Positions 25,182 through 38,499 of a DNA stretch of 64,000 nucleotides are shown here, piece by piece. The notes beneath the pieces were generated by a model. It had not been told where the DNA came from. It did not search any database and saw nothing but the letters and a program-made list of their open reading frames with translations. The stretch comes from Lepidodermella squamata (lineage: Eukaryota; Animalia; Gastrotricha). The DNA lies in contig JBLDXI010000001.1 of NCBI GenBank assembly GCA_047495785.1, forward strand, positions 4,216,001-4,280,000, in the 5' to 3' direction. Made by a program: the position numbers and the translations under genes. The number at the start of each line of letters is the position of its first letter. Within the stretch, counting starts at the first letter, position 1.

Positions 25182-28100
25182 TCAGTCACCCAACAGAACC
25201 AGCAGCGCCTTCTTGTAGTCACCCGACGTGTCAGACTGAAATAAAATCATCGAATACATGTTTAATATTTTTTTTATTCTGTTTTTATTACCGAAATATC
25301 TTTGGCTAAGGCGCGGCTATACATGCGCTGGTATTCCACTTTGATAGCGGCCAGATCAACGTCGCAACGCATGACCATAATGCGGATCAGCATTCGGTCT
25401 TTCGTCCCAGCTCCGGCCATAGCATGGTGCAGTCGGCTTGCAAAATACGCCTGTTTATTTCGGATCGCTCCAACTAATCGCGAAAATCAAATTCTTTCAG
25501 CAATAAATTACATTTACAATTGGGATAAAATTATAACAAAATTTGGACAGTTTTGAGTTGGGAAAAATTGATGCCCACAAGATAATGGAACTAGCCCATT
25601 GGTAAATTCCCATTCCGGTAAATCAATCAGCCATTTACGTTTTGCAAAAATTTGGAAAATTGAAAAAGAAATGTAGAAATCGTAAATCGTAACCGATATT
25701 ATGTCATATATAAATAGCACACTATCGAATTAAACCATTTAAAAAATTTAATTTTACTCTAAAAATTTGCTGTCAATGAGGCATTTATATTTCCGACTTA
25801 CCAACTGCAAGCAGGCCGCTGCAAATATCGCCGCTGAATTCCGACTGGATGACATCAGCAATGTCCTGCTGATATTCTCGTTTGTAAATATCGAAAACAG
25901 CGCGAAGATGGGCGTAGCTTCGCTGGCACAGGATGGCGTTGAATCGACTCTCGTCGGTGCCAATGCGATTAGCACCAGCTTTATACAGCGCCTCAGCGTC
26001 GGCGGCTGCCGCTGCCGGGTCAACGTGGGATGACTCATTGCGACTGGCCGTCAACAGAGCAACCAACAGGCGTTTGAAATGGTAACTAGTATCGCCTGCT
26101 ACATCGCTTTCCATCGATCGTTTGTACACTGAAAACAAGGAAAAACACATGGGTAGAAAGAACTTTTGGCTCTGCAAATTGGAAGTCTCACATTTTCGGT
26201 GACCATCGAAAAAATAACGAAAAAATGACGAACGAACATGACATGAAATTCAAAATAAGAAGGATTTTTCAAATTTTTAAAAAAATTAAAGAAAATTAAA
26301 AAATTAAACGGTCGATTTCGAAAAATTTATCTGATCGCAAGAGAGAGATACCGATTTATTGGTGGTCTGCGTTACATAATTCTTAGTAACATTGCCTTTA
26401 AGACACAGAGATATGAATTAATTAACTTCAGTATAGGTGATATTTCTTAATAATAAGTATTGGTTATTTATCGTTGGTTGGAATATAGATGGTGGTGAAG
26501 AATTCGAATACTGTCTTTGAGGGCCTGTGAAGCGATATCGATGGCTGTGCCGGCGTTGATTCCATAATCGCGCAGAAGTTTTACGGCTTCTGTTGTCAGG
26601 GATCCGCGGGCACCAATGTATAGTCCATGTACTTCTATTGAATCTAGGTTGTATGCTTCGCAAATAAACTTGCTACATGGCTCGTATATTGCGCGTTTTT
26701 CCGCATCGACCAATTCGAATTGGTTTTGCGAAGACTCGCATCTGATAGTTGGATCAATAATTATTCCTGTTCGGCTTCCTTTTCGGAGGGATAGGATATC
26801 AAAGCGGCGAGAAGAGCCGTTGCTGGCTACACAATGTCCTTCCTCGGTGACATTATATCCCTGGCCGCGCAATTCGCTCGCTATTTTCTGGCGAATTTTG
26901 TTATGTCTCGAAGTGATTAGCAACGAGTTGTAGGGGCAGGCGCCAAGGACGTGAGCAAGAGATTCAATCTCAGCGCCGCATCGACGACACTGGTTTCCGT
27001 CCTGACTGACACCTGGTACCCCTCTAACCGGAGCCGTGTTTGTAGACATTTTGATCGCCATGGTCCATTATAATAAATTTCAAATTGTCAATTGACAATT
27101 TTAAACGAATTTTAAGAATTTTAAAATTTCTAAATATCAAATTCATCAAGATTTGAAAAATTTTAGAAAATTTGTAAAAATTCAAAATGCTATTTTTTTT
27201 ATTTTTTTTTTTAATTTCAAATGGATTTTTTTTAATTTAAATAGAACAAAATTAAATTAAAAAATTTGAAAATCTCAGTTCAAATATTTTTTGAATTTTT
27301 TTGGTTGCTGGGCTTTTTCCCATGAATCTTTAATAACTTTATTTGAAGTATCGAAATGTCTTACTTTCTTGGTATTTGTGCTTGATCGCCGTCAGTTCCG
27401 CGTTGTTCTTCGTGCAGATCACCTCGATGAGGGCCTCCTCATCGGTCCCAGCACCACAAATCGCCTCGTGCACCTCATAGGCCGCTAACTCGACCGGAAC
27501 TTTGAGCAGAGCCAGCAGGACCTTTTTGAAATTGCCACTCGTCTCACCGGCGATTTCCTTCTCCAAATCCTTGCCAAACATCTGTTTGAAAGTACGCTCA
27601 ATCTCGTTTCGCTGCACCCAGTTGCGCCGGCACAGGATGTTGATCAAGGTGGCTTCGTCTGTTCCGATGCCTTTCATGGCCTTGCAAAGGGCCGAGCAGT
27701 CCTCGGCGGCGTTGAAATTGGCCTGGGGGCGGATCGATGGCGCCAGAATGTCCATTTCAGGCTCTCCTGCGTACATTGTCGGAGCTTGCGGGTAGAAATT
27801 CGAAGGTGGAGGGTGAGCAGAGCCGGGTGCGTACGATTGAGGGGGGCCTGATGCTGGATTCAGCGAGTAAGGGGCGCCGTATGGTGCTGATTGCGGGTGC
27901 GAAGGGGCCGACGGCGGGGGCCCGGGTGGATAGCCACCTGATTGAGGTGGATATCCGGGCTGCTGAGAAGGATAGCCAGGTTGCTGTGGTGGGTAACCGG
28001 GCTGTTGAGGCAGGTAACCAGCGGGCGGGGCTTGAGGATAGCCGGGTGCTGAAGTTGGCGGGGGCGGGTAGGCGGCTGGTGGGTAGTATGGGCCGGATGG

Positions 28101-28336
28101 TGGGACCCCGGGTGGCGGGGCGCCGTAGTAGGGCTGTTGGGGCGGAGGATAACCACCGGCTGGGTACATTGCAGTAGGCGCTTGTTGGTAAATCACAGTA
28201 TGCGGAGGGGCGGCCTGCAAAAAATGGGAAATAAATTATACAATTATTCTGAATTTTGAATTATTCGAATTTATTCAGATAAAATGGTTAGACAATTTCG
28301 AGACTTTTTCAATAAGTTATCTATTAAACGTACCAT
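25182..28336 (-). CDS. Annexin copy 4, GYPP-rich N-tail (A7/A11-like)
   Basis: Likely ATG at 28336-28334 directly before a donor. Exons about 28214-27365, 26128-25802, 25473-25292, 25235-25182. Four annexin repeats; ends SDTSGDYKKALLVLLGD*. Confidence 0.88.
26330..27068 (-). mobile_element. 5'-truncated non-LTR retrotransposon (R2-superfamily type: CCHC plus restriction-like endonuclease) in an annexin 4 intron
   Basis: ORF 26468-27061 contains CRRCGAEIESLAHVLGAC, RHNKI, SRRFDIL, IIDPTIRCE, EKRAIYEP, GLYIGARG. There is no RT domain. Confidence 0.85.
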
Positions 28337-28798
28337 TACAGTCGACTCAGATAAACAGGTTCAAAGATGATGACTGGCGCAAATTCTATCAAAACAACTA
28401 ATCGATAAAAACAATTCATAGAAAATTTGACAAATTGATGATGATGAGCAAGAGAAATCTGAAGATACATATTCCGTTGTTTTTGTGACACGGCAAGAAT
28501 GTACCATAAAATTGGACCCTGGAACCAAATCTATTCGATGAAAGTACCGTCTGCATCACTGATATAAATCAGAGAAATTCGCGACACAGCATTTCCCATC
28601 AATAAGAATTTAGGCTTGTGATAAAGTCGACCTCATCGATAAAGGCGGCTTCGAAAATAAATATGATAGGATATGTTATATACAAATCTGACTGGTACTC
28701 TTAATATATGTGCCGAAATGACTCACCGCATTTTTTGCTTTCTGGATCGCGTGTCCAGTGAATCACAGCTAAATTTATCGGCGCGGGCCTGATCACTA

Positions 28799-29076
28799 TA
28801 GTTTTTTGGTACCATGAATCATAATTATTGCAACTGGTAGCGTGATTCCATATAGGGCAATTTTTGCAAAAATGCTCGGAAAACAGTAACAGTCACTGCG
28901 CTCGTCTCTTCGAAAATTGAAGTTGGTGTGACTTGAGATAAATTAGACTGAAGTAGAAGCCCGTAATTAAACATGTTTGGAGAATCGTTAAGGTTCGTCT
29001 CAACATGCCGCCATGACCCCTTTTTCGGTTGTGTATTTTCAATAAAACATTCCGCAAGTTTTGACTATTCGCACTT
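28799..29076 (+). repeat. Dispersed direct repeat, copy 1 (about 278 bp)
   Basis: Nearly identical to 33298-33578. Confidence 0.9.
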
Positions 29077-31099
29077 ACAAGTGGGCATTGCGCTGAGTAC
29101 GGGCTGAGCTACTCTAAGCTGAGAGCAGCTGCTAAGCTCTAGTACAGCCGCGTCATCAAGCGGTAGCAAGGATTTACGCTGCGCTGACCCGAGGACTTCG
29201 AGTTATTTGGCCAAGAAGCCAGTTAGCCGAAGTCGAAGAACCTCTCGCAAAGTTTTTCGAAATTAATCGAAATTAATCTGCATCAGTTTCCTCTCTAATC
29301 TGACTTGACGGTTTTGGTACCAAACTTGCTTTTCTGTACTGCTTTTCGGTACAAGGCCCAACCAATAGGAGCGCACGGAGGAAACGCCGGCGGATGGGGA
29401 AATCTGCTATCACATTTTCGACTGCTAGGTGTAAGCCAGCAGTGCTATATTGTGGATGGTTTTGTTACTGCTGCTTGAATTCTTCCTAGCTTCTAGCTTC
29501 TTATCGTTGAATTGATCATAAAATGTCGACACCCGCTCAGATTACAACCAGGAATCCACCGCTGAACAGCAAGAATGAAAAATTCTAAAAATAGAATCCC
29601 ATTATTTACGCTGATTTTTGTAGAAAGAAAATGAGCGAATATTCATGACCCCACTCGTTGAGAGAAAACAATGATTTTTTTGCCTCATTATTATACCCTC
29701 CAAAAATAATTATTTTCTCTGTAAAATTGGAAAAAGGCATAAAAATGCCTTAAAAATTTCATAATAATGGAATTTGGTAACATTGCAAAGCTCGCGATTA
29801 GCTTTATCTATAATCGTAAAGAACTATTCAATAGCTGACATTTTGATTTGACGAGCGTATATGGCTCCCCGGTAAACTTCTCTTGTTGTTGGCCTCTCAA
29901 CGGGCGGATGTGTAAAAATGGTGCTTTTAATGTGTTGAAACACTTTTCTTCATGTGATTTTCTCGCATCAAAATTTTTTGAATTTTTTCCTGTCCAGCTG
30001 AAAGATGGCTAGTGTCGAGTGCATACCATATCAGTCCCAAGGTTTCATGGCTGGTGGAAGGGCCAACACAAAAAACGACACTTGACAGTAATCCTGTAAC
30101 TTCTTCGCGCGCGGTCTTCAACTCGTTAAAAATCATGACTCTGAAAATTTAACCTTAGTGCGACTAGTGCGCGATGGCTAATTCTTGATTTTTAACCGCA
30201 GGGATACCGCGCAGGGATATGTCAAAGGAATACTTTCAAATATCGAATCGGCTTTTGTATCAAAAAATAATTCAGATAATTCTCTATCGATTGAATATGG
30301 TGTTCTCGCGTCGAAAAATTGATGGGAAAGGTTTTACGCGCACCGGGTTTTTGCGCGCCGGGTGAGAGATGAGCGCGCGCTCGCTCCTCGAAACTTAAAA
30401 GGCTAGTAAAACGTTTTACCTAGCCTTTTGACATTAGCGCGCGCGGCCCTAAAATTTTAAAAAATGTGGACTTGACAAGTCCATTTTCCCCTTTGGTTGC
30501 GCAATTAATGTTGGGGGCCGCACGAAACTAAGGTGGCCCGGAATTGAGCAGCTATATTCTGACACTTGGAACCATCTTGGATGGTTTTTCTCTGATTTTC
30601 TGGGAATTTCGGCATTCTTCGACCATGGTACTTGCATTGATTTTTAACACTGACCCTGGGCTGGATTAATTCCAACTGCGCCATGTGCTTTCGTCACACG
30701 TGCTTACCTGAAGGTTCAGGATTGAATCCTTATTTTAGTCAGTCATGACAGGAACGAAACTTCAACACCCCACCATCCGATTCGAATATTTTAACCTCAG
30801 GTTATGTGTTAACATATGATCGAGATCTTGCCGTGACCATATTTAATTCGCTCAAAGCTAAAGCCTCAATGTCATTCCAAGATTGTTGAACGAAAATGTT
30901 TCACAGCAAGCACACACTTTTTATTAATAACACCTTTCACCCATGTACAGATTGTCAAATTGTTTTCCAAGGGTAGCGTTTAGCCAAGAGTATAATGTAT
31001 CGGAGCATTAAGCAATAATGTATCTGCTGATTGCTAATAGGATTAGACAGTTGAATCCCACCACCACTCTGCTGTGTATGCCGTCTAGATGGCGGGGCT

Positions 31100-31384
31100 C
31101 TATTGCTTCTTGTAGAACGGACCTCCATCTGTCACTTTCGGGTACTTGGAGCTGCATTTTTTGTAAGCTGTACACTCCAGTTTTCCAGGGGAGGTGCTTA
31201 GCTTGAGGTTGAAAGCGACACACGTTTTCATGGAACGGCATAATTCGTTACATGCATCCTTAGACGTGGTTAACGACGAGCCGACAGGGTTCTTGCAGCC
31301 GCCGTCGATCTCAGTATACCCATGAGCGTATTCCATCATCGCAACGGCAAGCGCCAGGAAAATGATGATCTTACCAATTGCCAT
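31100..31384 (-). CDS. Small secreted 6-Cys mini-PAN-like Lys-rich protein
   Basis: Signal MAIGKIIIFLALAVAMMEYAHG; GGC-x14-C-x3-C-x5-C-x15-C-x5-C...FYKK; single coding exon. Confidence 0.8.
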   Translation of the reverse strand: MAIGKIIIFLALAVAMMEYAHGYTEIDGGCKNPVGSSLTTSKDACNELCRSMKTCVAFNLKLSTSPGKLECTAYKKCSSKYPKVTDGGPFYKKQ

Positions 31385-32201
31385 TGTCAAGTTATTATTA
31401 GCAGAACGAAACGCCAATGCTCGATTCCTCGCGATATAATTTGAATGTGAACAGCAAGGCCTGGCGATGCAAGGTTTTTTATACGCTCGCTTAGGCCGGA
31501 AAATTTGAACACCTGTCCCGCGTGATGAAGTGAAGTGCAGCTAATTTCAGCTGGCGCATTAAGATCATTGTGATCATTGCTGAGGGCAAATTGTTGGCAG
31601 AACCAGGGGAGACACTGCGTGGGCAAAATAGGTCATTTTCGTTCATTTTTGCTACTGCTGTCATTTTCTGTTTTAAACTCACTTGCATTTTCTTGAATGT
31701 TTTCCCGTAGCTTTGTCTTTGATTTTTGATTTTCTGCTTCGTTTTGGCGCTCGTAATAGCTTTGTTGATTAACTCGGAATTTGGGTGAAGAAGTGTATTT
31801 GGAACCTTTCGGAAAGGTTAATATTCAGATACTTATGCTAATGATCAGATTAAACAAGAATCAGCATTTTGTACAGCAGATTGGGCAAGGCCGAATCGCT
31901 TTTTCTTACCCGGTAACGTATTAGTCAGTTTCTCATGTAAATTTTATGGGGAAATTGTTGGGGAAATTTTATGGGGAAATTATCCGCTGCTGCTAGCTGC
32001 TACTAAAACCCCTTAAAAACTACGAGGGAGAAATAGTCAAAAACACGTACTTTATTTTTGTCTGGTGTCCACGCCATTTTTGTGCGCACGTTGGTCTACG
32101 TCGCGCTCCTTAGGACCTCGCGCAACTTTTATAACAGTGATAGGCAGTTTTATTGCCTAGCGGTAATTAAACCATTGCGTGACCACTTAAAAGTCCAATC
32201 C

Positions 32202-32478
32202 AATGCGCACGTTGATTGGTCAATCGATCGTTGCTATGACTCCCGGATGAAACGTTCTGTCGTGCGATCCATAAGATTTTTTGCAACAAGTGTTTTTTGC
32301 CGCAGCAATTTACCACAATTAATATGGAGTTTACGCTCGTGGTCAATGGAAACCGGGCAGAGGGTGTGGCAAGGTCATTTTTTTCATAAATATAAAATAA
32401 TTTATTAGTGGATCGCACGACGGAAATGTTTCATTCCGGAGTCATTAGCAACGATAAATTGACCAATCAGCGTGCGCG
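32202..32478. mobile_element. Degenerate inverted-repeat element (MITE-like)
   Basis: About 32202-32270 is an imperfect reverse complement of about 32410-32478. Confidence 0.55.
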
Positions 32479-33297
32479 CCAAGGTTCAACTTACCAGTGG
32501 TTCCACAATGCCCGCTATTTTAGTTATCTCGAATTTGATTTGCCGTTATCCGCTCTCACGCACTTCGGTCGTGCGAGATCTACGAGACAAAGCAAGCAGA
32601 GCGAGTTGATGTCGCGCGGCCGTGGTCTCGCCCTTTCTTTTTTATTAAGCACTCTCGACTGTCTCTGTAATTCCTAATTATTCTCCCGGAGTGAGACCGC
32701 ATCACTCAGCGCATTAAGATATTCTAACAGTTCAATTTAAAATACAAGCTCCCGAAGAGGGGCCCCTATGCAACCGTGGACAGATCGAAAAGGGGAATCT
32801 GGGCAAGGGAAAGGGGCGAAATTAAATTTACGGTTAGAATTTAGAATTAGTACGGTTGGGATCGTGCTTGGTGTGTCGAGATATTAATATATTTGTGCCA
32901 AATCGCCAATATTTTCTCAAGTAATTCCACAATACGCTAGCGGAATTCCATGAATCGCTGGAGATAATCTTCATTCGCGAAAATCGCAACTGCAATCTTT
33001 AATATTGCGATTTTTTAAATATTTTTTTCGGCCGATCCAATCGCGCTGACCTGAGCTTTCCGAATATGTATTTGGATTTAGAATAAATTGAGTCTAACAA
33101 GGTGAAAATCGCTGCAGTTTACCTGCGACCGGTCATTTTCTAGTGCGTAATGGCGTGTGGCTGAAAAATGGTGATTTAATTTGTGTGAGCGACCATTTTT
33201 TGCTCATTTTTTGCCTTGATCGTAAATTATCGATTTTCGAGTTTGCGTTAACAGCATTTTCCTTGAGTGGAGTCTCCATAACGTTATTCCTCTCAAG

Positions 33298-33578
33298 TAG
33301 TTTTTGGTACGTACCATGAATCATAATTATTGCAACTGGTAGCGTGATTCCATATAGGGCAATTTTTGCAAAAATGCTCGGAAAACAGTAACAGTCACTG
33401 CGCTCGTCTCTTCGAAAATTTAAGTTCGTGTGACTTGAGATAAATTAGACTGAAGTAGAAGCCCGTAATTAAACATGTTTGGAGAATCGTTAAGGTTCGT
33501 CTCAACTTGCCGCCATGACCCCTTTTTCGGTTGTGTATTTTCAATAAAACATTCCGCAAGTTTTGACTATTCGCACTT
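33298..33578 (+). repeat. Dispersed direct repeat, copy 2
   Basis: Nearly identical to 28799-29076, with an extra GTAC near the start. Confidence 0.9.
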
Positions 33579-33990
33579 TGAAGGAGTTCCAGTTTCGGTC
33601 ATTGAAATTTTTTTGCTAAACATATTCTACTTTTGAAACTGAGTCATATTTCAGCCGGTTCAGCCTTGTTAATAAACTTCCAGCGGATTTGAAACTAGGA
33701 ACAGACCTGTAAGTTAAAGAAGCCGGCCGATCACCCATCGGGACGACATTTGGTTCCCATAAAAATATGAAAATATATCCTATAGTTTGGCAAATCTGAA
33801 GCTAATTCACCAATCATTCACCATCCTCTTATTTAATAAATTCCAGAAAATTAACGCGAAGCCGGCCGGAAAATCGGATTAGATACCTGCATAGCCCATG
33901 ATTGATGATGCAGGGTGAAATATAATTTCGAGAAAATCGCAGCTGGGGGTCATTTGAGAATGGCGTCGCCGCGGCTAGCGTCCACGCTTA

Positions 33991-35745
33991 CCGTAACGGT
34001 CCCTAACTTTGGACAAAACACGTTTTTTAATTTTTTAAAATTAACCTTTCGCCTGAAAAATTGGGAGAAAAATGCGAAACCTCGGGGCGAAGATTCTGGA
34101 TCGACAGGTAAATGTTGAGAATTTTCGGAGCTCACCTTGATTTTTAAGAAATAGATTAAGAAACCTCTAAATTTGGACAGAAGGGCCCAAATTTGGACAC
34201 CTCATTTGCATATGCTAATTAGAGCTTACGCTAATTGTATTTCATGTTGCGCAATTTTTCTCGTGTTTTTAAAGCGATTTTGCCAACGATTTTAGACTAG
34301 AATAATGCTACTACCGATTTTAATCAATTATCGTCAAAACTAATGCAGATAAACGCTATACATCCGGCTTTAATACCTTTGAAGGACCATGATTTTTCTG
34401 AGAACCATGATAAACCGGGTAAAAATGCCTCTTGCTTGAAAAGTAGACAGAGTAATATCAATCAGGGGTTAAACCACGGTTTGAGTGAGTAATAAAGTTT
34501 CTTTATCCCCGAATTCTACCTGAATCTATCGGAGGGGGATTTTCATTTGTCAGAACCATTATCATGCTCTCTAGCCAGAATGATGAAGCAGCGTAATGTG
34601 CTAGGTTGCACAACCTGGCAGGCCGCACCCCCCCCCCCCCCCTAACCTACTGGGGCATTTGGCTCAGTAGCCGCGCCGGTCGGGCAAATCAAGGTCGCCC
34701 CTACAGCGTCACTATGACTGAAGGTCACGTGCGGACCGGCGGGGTCATCATGTGTGCCAAGTGGGACCCTCTTAACCACCCGCCGTCTCCACCCACACCC
34801 AGGACCACCCCACCGTGTTGGATCCCAAACTATCCCGTTCTTAAGAATTTTCCCCAATTTTGAGCAGTGGCAACTAGGATTTCCCAGAAATCCTAGTTAC
34901 CACTCGACCCGTCTTGAAATTGCAATTTCTTTCGAAATCACAATTTCCCACTTGCATTTCCGTTTCAGCCCGCCGAAGGCAGGCGCAGAGGGCATTCCCT
35001 CGAGTTCGCGGCATGCTTACCACCGCAATTGCAGCAGCTCACAGCACGCAAACAAGTCGTCACGTTGTGTGGCCGACCACATCTCAAACAACGTTCTTCT
35101 TCTGAACAGCTCCGCGCCATGTGGCCGTAGCGTTGGCAGCGATAGCATTGAATAACATCGGGTGGTTTCACAACAAACCAGCGAAATCGGAGTAGAAACG
35201 GCTTGACGGTTAGACCAGTTTTCACCGCTCGCTCCGCCGCAGGCCGCAGACTAGGTTTCGTGCTTTAGCTAAAATTTCAAGGTTCCAGCAATGTATAGCC
35301 ATCCTTTTTAAAAACTCACCAAAAGCATACGTTTCATTTGCATATGCATACAGAAAAAAATAGCATTAAAAGCGTCCAAATTTAGAGGCAAAATTCAATG
35401 TCACCTGTATCGAAATCGGCTCGTTTATCCGCCGAGATTTTTTTTACAGTATTTAGTTCAGGTAAAACCATGTGAGCAAAACAATTTTCAGCCCCAACCG
35501 TTCACAGGTGAGCGTTTGGCAAGGGGGGTCCCAAAACACATTTCTGAGTGATCGAGCGTCGGCGATTTTTCGCAAATCGATAGTACATGAAAGTATTGCC
35601 AAATTTGGTACCGATGGAAAGCCCAAAAGGCTAGCTATTTTTCAGTGCGATTTGCCTCTTTGTATCAGTTGTGCACAAACAGATATTCAAGGCCAAAGCT
35701 CAGAGCGTCCACATTTAGGGTGTCCAAATTTAGGGCGCGTTACGG
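33991..35745. mobile_element. Non-autonomous Tc1/mariner-superfamily (pogo/Tc2-like) element with TA TSD
   Basis: TA|CCGTAACGGTCCCTAACTTTGGACA ... TGTCCAAATTTAGGGCGCGTTACGG|TA, plus internal inverted aaatttggac/gtccaaattt motifs. Confidence 0.7.
34640..35250 (-). mobile_element. Fragment of LINE ORF1 (gag-like, three zinc knuckles; I/Jockey/R1 type)
   Basis: QCYRCQRYGHMARSC...CLRCGRPHNVTTC...CCNCGGKHAANSREC in a GC-rich patch. Confidence 0.75.
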
Positions 35746-35977
35746 TATCGATGATGAAAATGTGCATTCCCGGCATTGTTTTTGTTGTTATCGCATTAGC
35801 ATCGCCATTTAACAACTCTCGTTTCCGTTTTGATTTCAATATCGATGAATGGAATTCATAATTTTTATTAGGATACTCGAAGAAATGTAGGCCATCTTTG
35901 TTCACAATTTTCAAATAATGTCAAGAATGATCGATATTCGCTCCTTCCTTGAATTGTTGGCAACTTTCGCTCAATTT

Positions 35978-37639
35978 TCAGTCACCCAACAGAACCAGCA
36001 GCGCCTTCTTGTAGTCACCCGACGTGTCAGACTTGAATAAAATAACCAAAAATAGAATTTACCAAGAAGTTATTCTTGCTATTATTTTACCGAAATATCT
36101 TTGGCTAAGGAGTGGCCATACATGCGCTCGTATTCAACCTTGATGGCGGCCAGATCAACGTCGCATCGCATAGTCATGATGCGGATCAGCGTTCCGTCCT
36201 TGGTTCCAGCTCCGGCCAAGGCTTCATTAAGGCGGCTAGCGAAATAGGCGGCCTTATTGCGAACAGCAGCAACTAAATTGAAAAAGAAAATCGAAAGTTA
36301 AACTTAAAAATGTAATAATTTTAACATTTTAAAAAATTGAAAATTTAAAGAATATTCTGAAAAAATGGAAATATCCGATAAGAAACTTGTCAACTCATAC
36401 CAATCGCAAGCAATCCTTTGCAAATATCGCCGCTGAATTCCGACTGGATGACATCAGCAATGTCTTGTTTATATTCCCGCTTGTAAATATCGAAAACAGC
36501 GCGAAGATGGGCGTAGCTTCGCTGGCACAGGATGGCGTTAAATCGACTCTCGTCGGTGCCAATGCGATTAGCGCCAGCTTCATATAGCGCCTTGGCGTCC
36601 ATAGCAGCAGCGTTTGGGTCAACGTGGGGTGATTCATCGCGACTGGCGGATATCAGGTAGACAAGAAGCCGTTTGAAGTGGTGGCTTGTTTCACCAGCAA
36701 CATCACTCTCCATCGATTTTTGGAACACTGAAATGCCAAACGTCGATTTTGGTTAGTAACTTCACAAAAATTGAATGAAAAATTTATCGAATTTCAAGTT
36801 CAATAGAGACGAATAATTTTAAATTTTAAAACGAATTTTAAACGAATTTTACGAATTTTATTTGACCTAAATACCAAAATTGAAAAATATTACATTTTGA
36901 AAAATTGTGGAAAATTTGAAAAAATTCAAAACGCTATTTTTTAGTCATTTGAATCCCAGACAAAATGTGACGGAAATTTAACATTAAAAAGAAATAAATT
37001 AAAAATAATTGAAAAACTTGAAAATCTCAATTTGAATACCTATTTTATGAAAAAAAATTCGGTATTGAAAGATCTTACTTTCTTGGTATTTGTGCTTGAT
37101 CGCCGTCAGTTCCGCGTTGTTCTTCGTACAGATCACCTCGATGAGAGCCTCCTCATCGGTGCCAGCACCACAAATCGCTTCGTGCACCTCATAGGCTGCC
37201 AACTCGACCGGAACTTTGAGCAGAGCCAGCAGAACCTTCTTGAAATTGCCACTCGTCTCACCGGCAATTTCCTTCTCCAAATCCTTGCCAAACATCTGCT
37301 TGAAAGTGCGCTCGATCTCGTAACGCTGCACCCAGTTGCGCCGGCACAGGATGTTGATCAAGGTGGCTTCGTCCGTGCCGATGCCTTTCATGGCCTTGCG
37401 AAGGGCCTCGCAGTCCTGGGCCAAGTTCAAATCGGCCGGTGGGCGGATTGACGGGGCGAAAATGTCCATCTCAGGTTGGTTTAAAGCTTGGGGTTGGTTG
37501 AAATTCGGATATCCAGTCAAGTGTTGCGGGCAGCCGCTATTCGTGTGGACCCCGAAAGGTCGAGGTGGGGCTGGCAGACAACATTTTCGGAATAATTAAC
37601 AGCATAATATGCAATGATATTAAAATGGCACTCACGCAT
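35978..37639 (-). CDS. Annexin copy 5 (short Pro-containing N-tail)
   Basis: Micro-exon ATGC (37639-37636) splices in frame to 37570-37079 (MPPPRPFGVH...), then 36727-36401, 36272-36091, 36031-35978. Confidence 0.9.
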
Positions 37640-38499
37640 AATAATTTAACCTCATAATTTCATAATAATTTATTCCATAACTGAAAACTGATTAGGTACC
37701 AAAAACCAATTCGACTTACATTTTTCAAACGACAGCATTGCAGTTTATAATTGTTTGGTATAATAATATACTAGATCGGTTTTAATAAAGATAGCGAATT
37801 TTGAGCTATCAATCAGCTCGGTTTAAAACGCGTGCCAACATTTTTTTATCGTAAAGCGTGTTCTGTTGGGACTGCTCCAAAACATCCAAAACAAAAATAT
37901 CGAAAGGCAGCGAAACAGCCAAACGATGACGATTGTGCTCTCTCGTTGCGCAACAATATAGCGACTGGCTGTAAATGTGGGGTTTAATTTTGATATGAGC
38001 CGCAAATTTAACGTTGAGGTCATTTTCTTCATCCCGATCCAATTCTAACGGCAAAAGTGAACTCTTTAATTTGTCAAACTGAAATTTTGCAACATCGCGA
38101 GGCTTTATCATTTCCGAAAGCTTCATTGACCTCATTTTCATGCCAACAATTTTTATGAATAAAATCAACATCTTCCCAAATAAAATGTAAAGGAAATATC
38201 GAGAACAAAATCTATAATTTTAATGTCAAAATATTCAAGAGGATTTCTCACAATTGCATTTGACAGGAAACAAGTGAAACGTGGGGTTTGGCGATATTTT
38301 TGACATTGTGAGATTTTGATGCCGCTTTCAAGTTTACGAGTGAAAATGTCTAATTTCTAAAAAATGTGCGCCTATACCTATAATAAATCAAGTATTTATT
38401 GCATCAATTAAATAATTCATCGCGCAATACATTGTGCTGTTATTTTCTTATGCGCAGCCGAGATTTTAGCGGATGCCTTGTTCTGGTTATGCTTGAGAT

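Noticed and set aside
28727-28731. ATGCG|gtgagt as first exon of annexin 4
   Set aside because: Splicing to the 28385 exon gives an in-frame TGA, so it is probably non-coding or a uORF.
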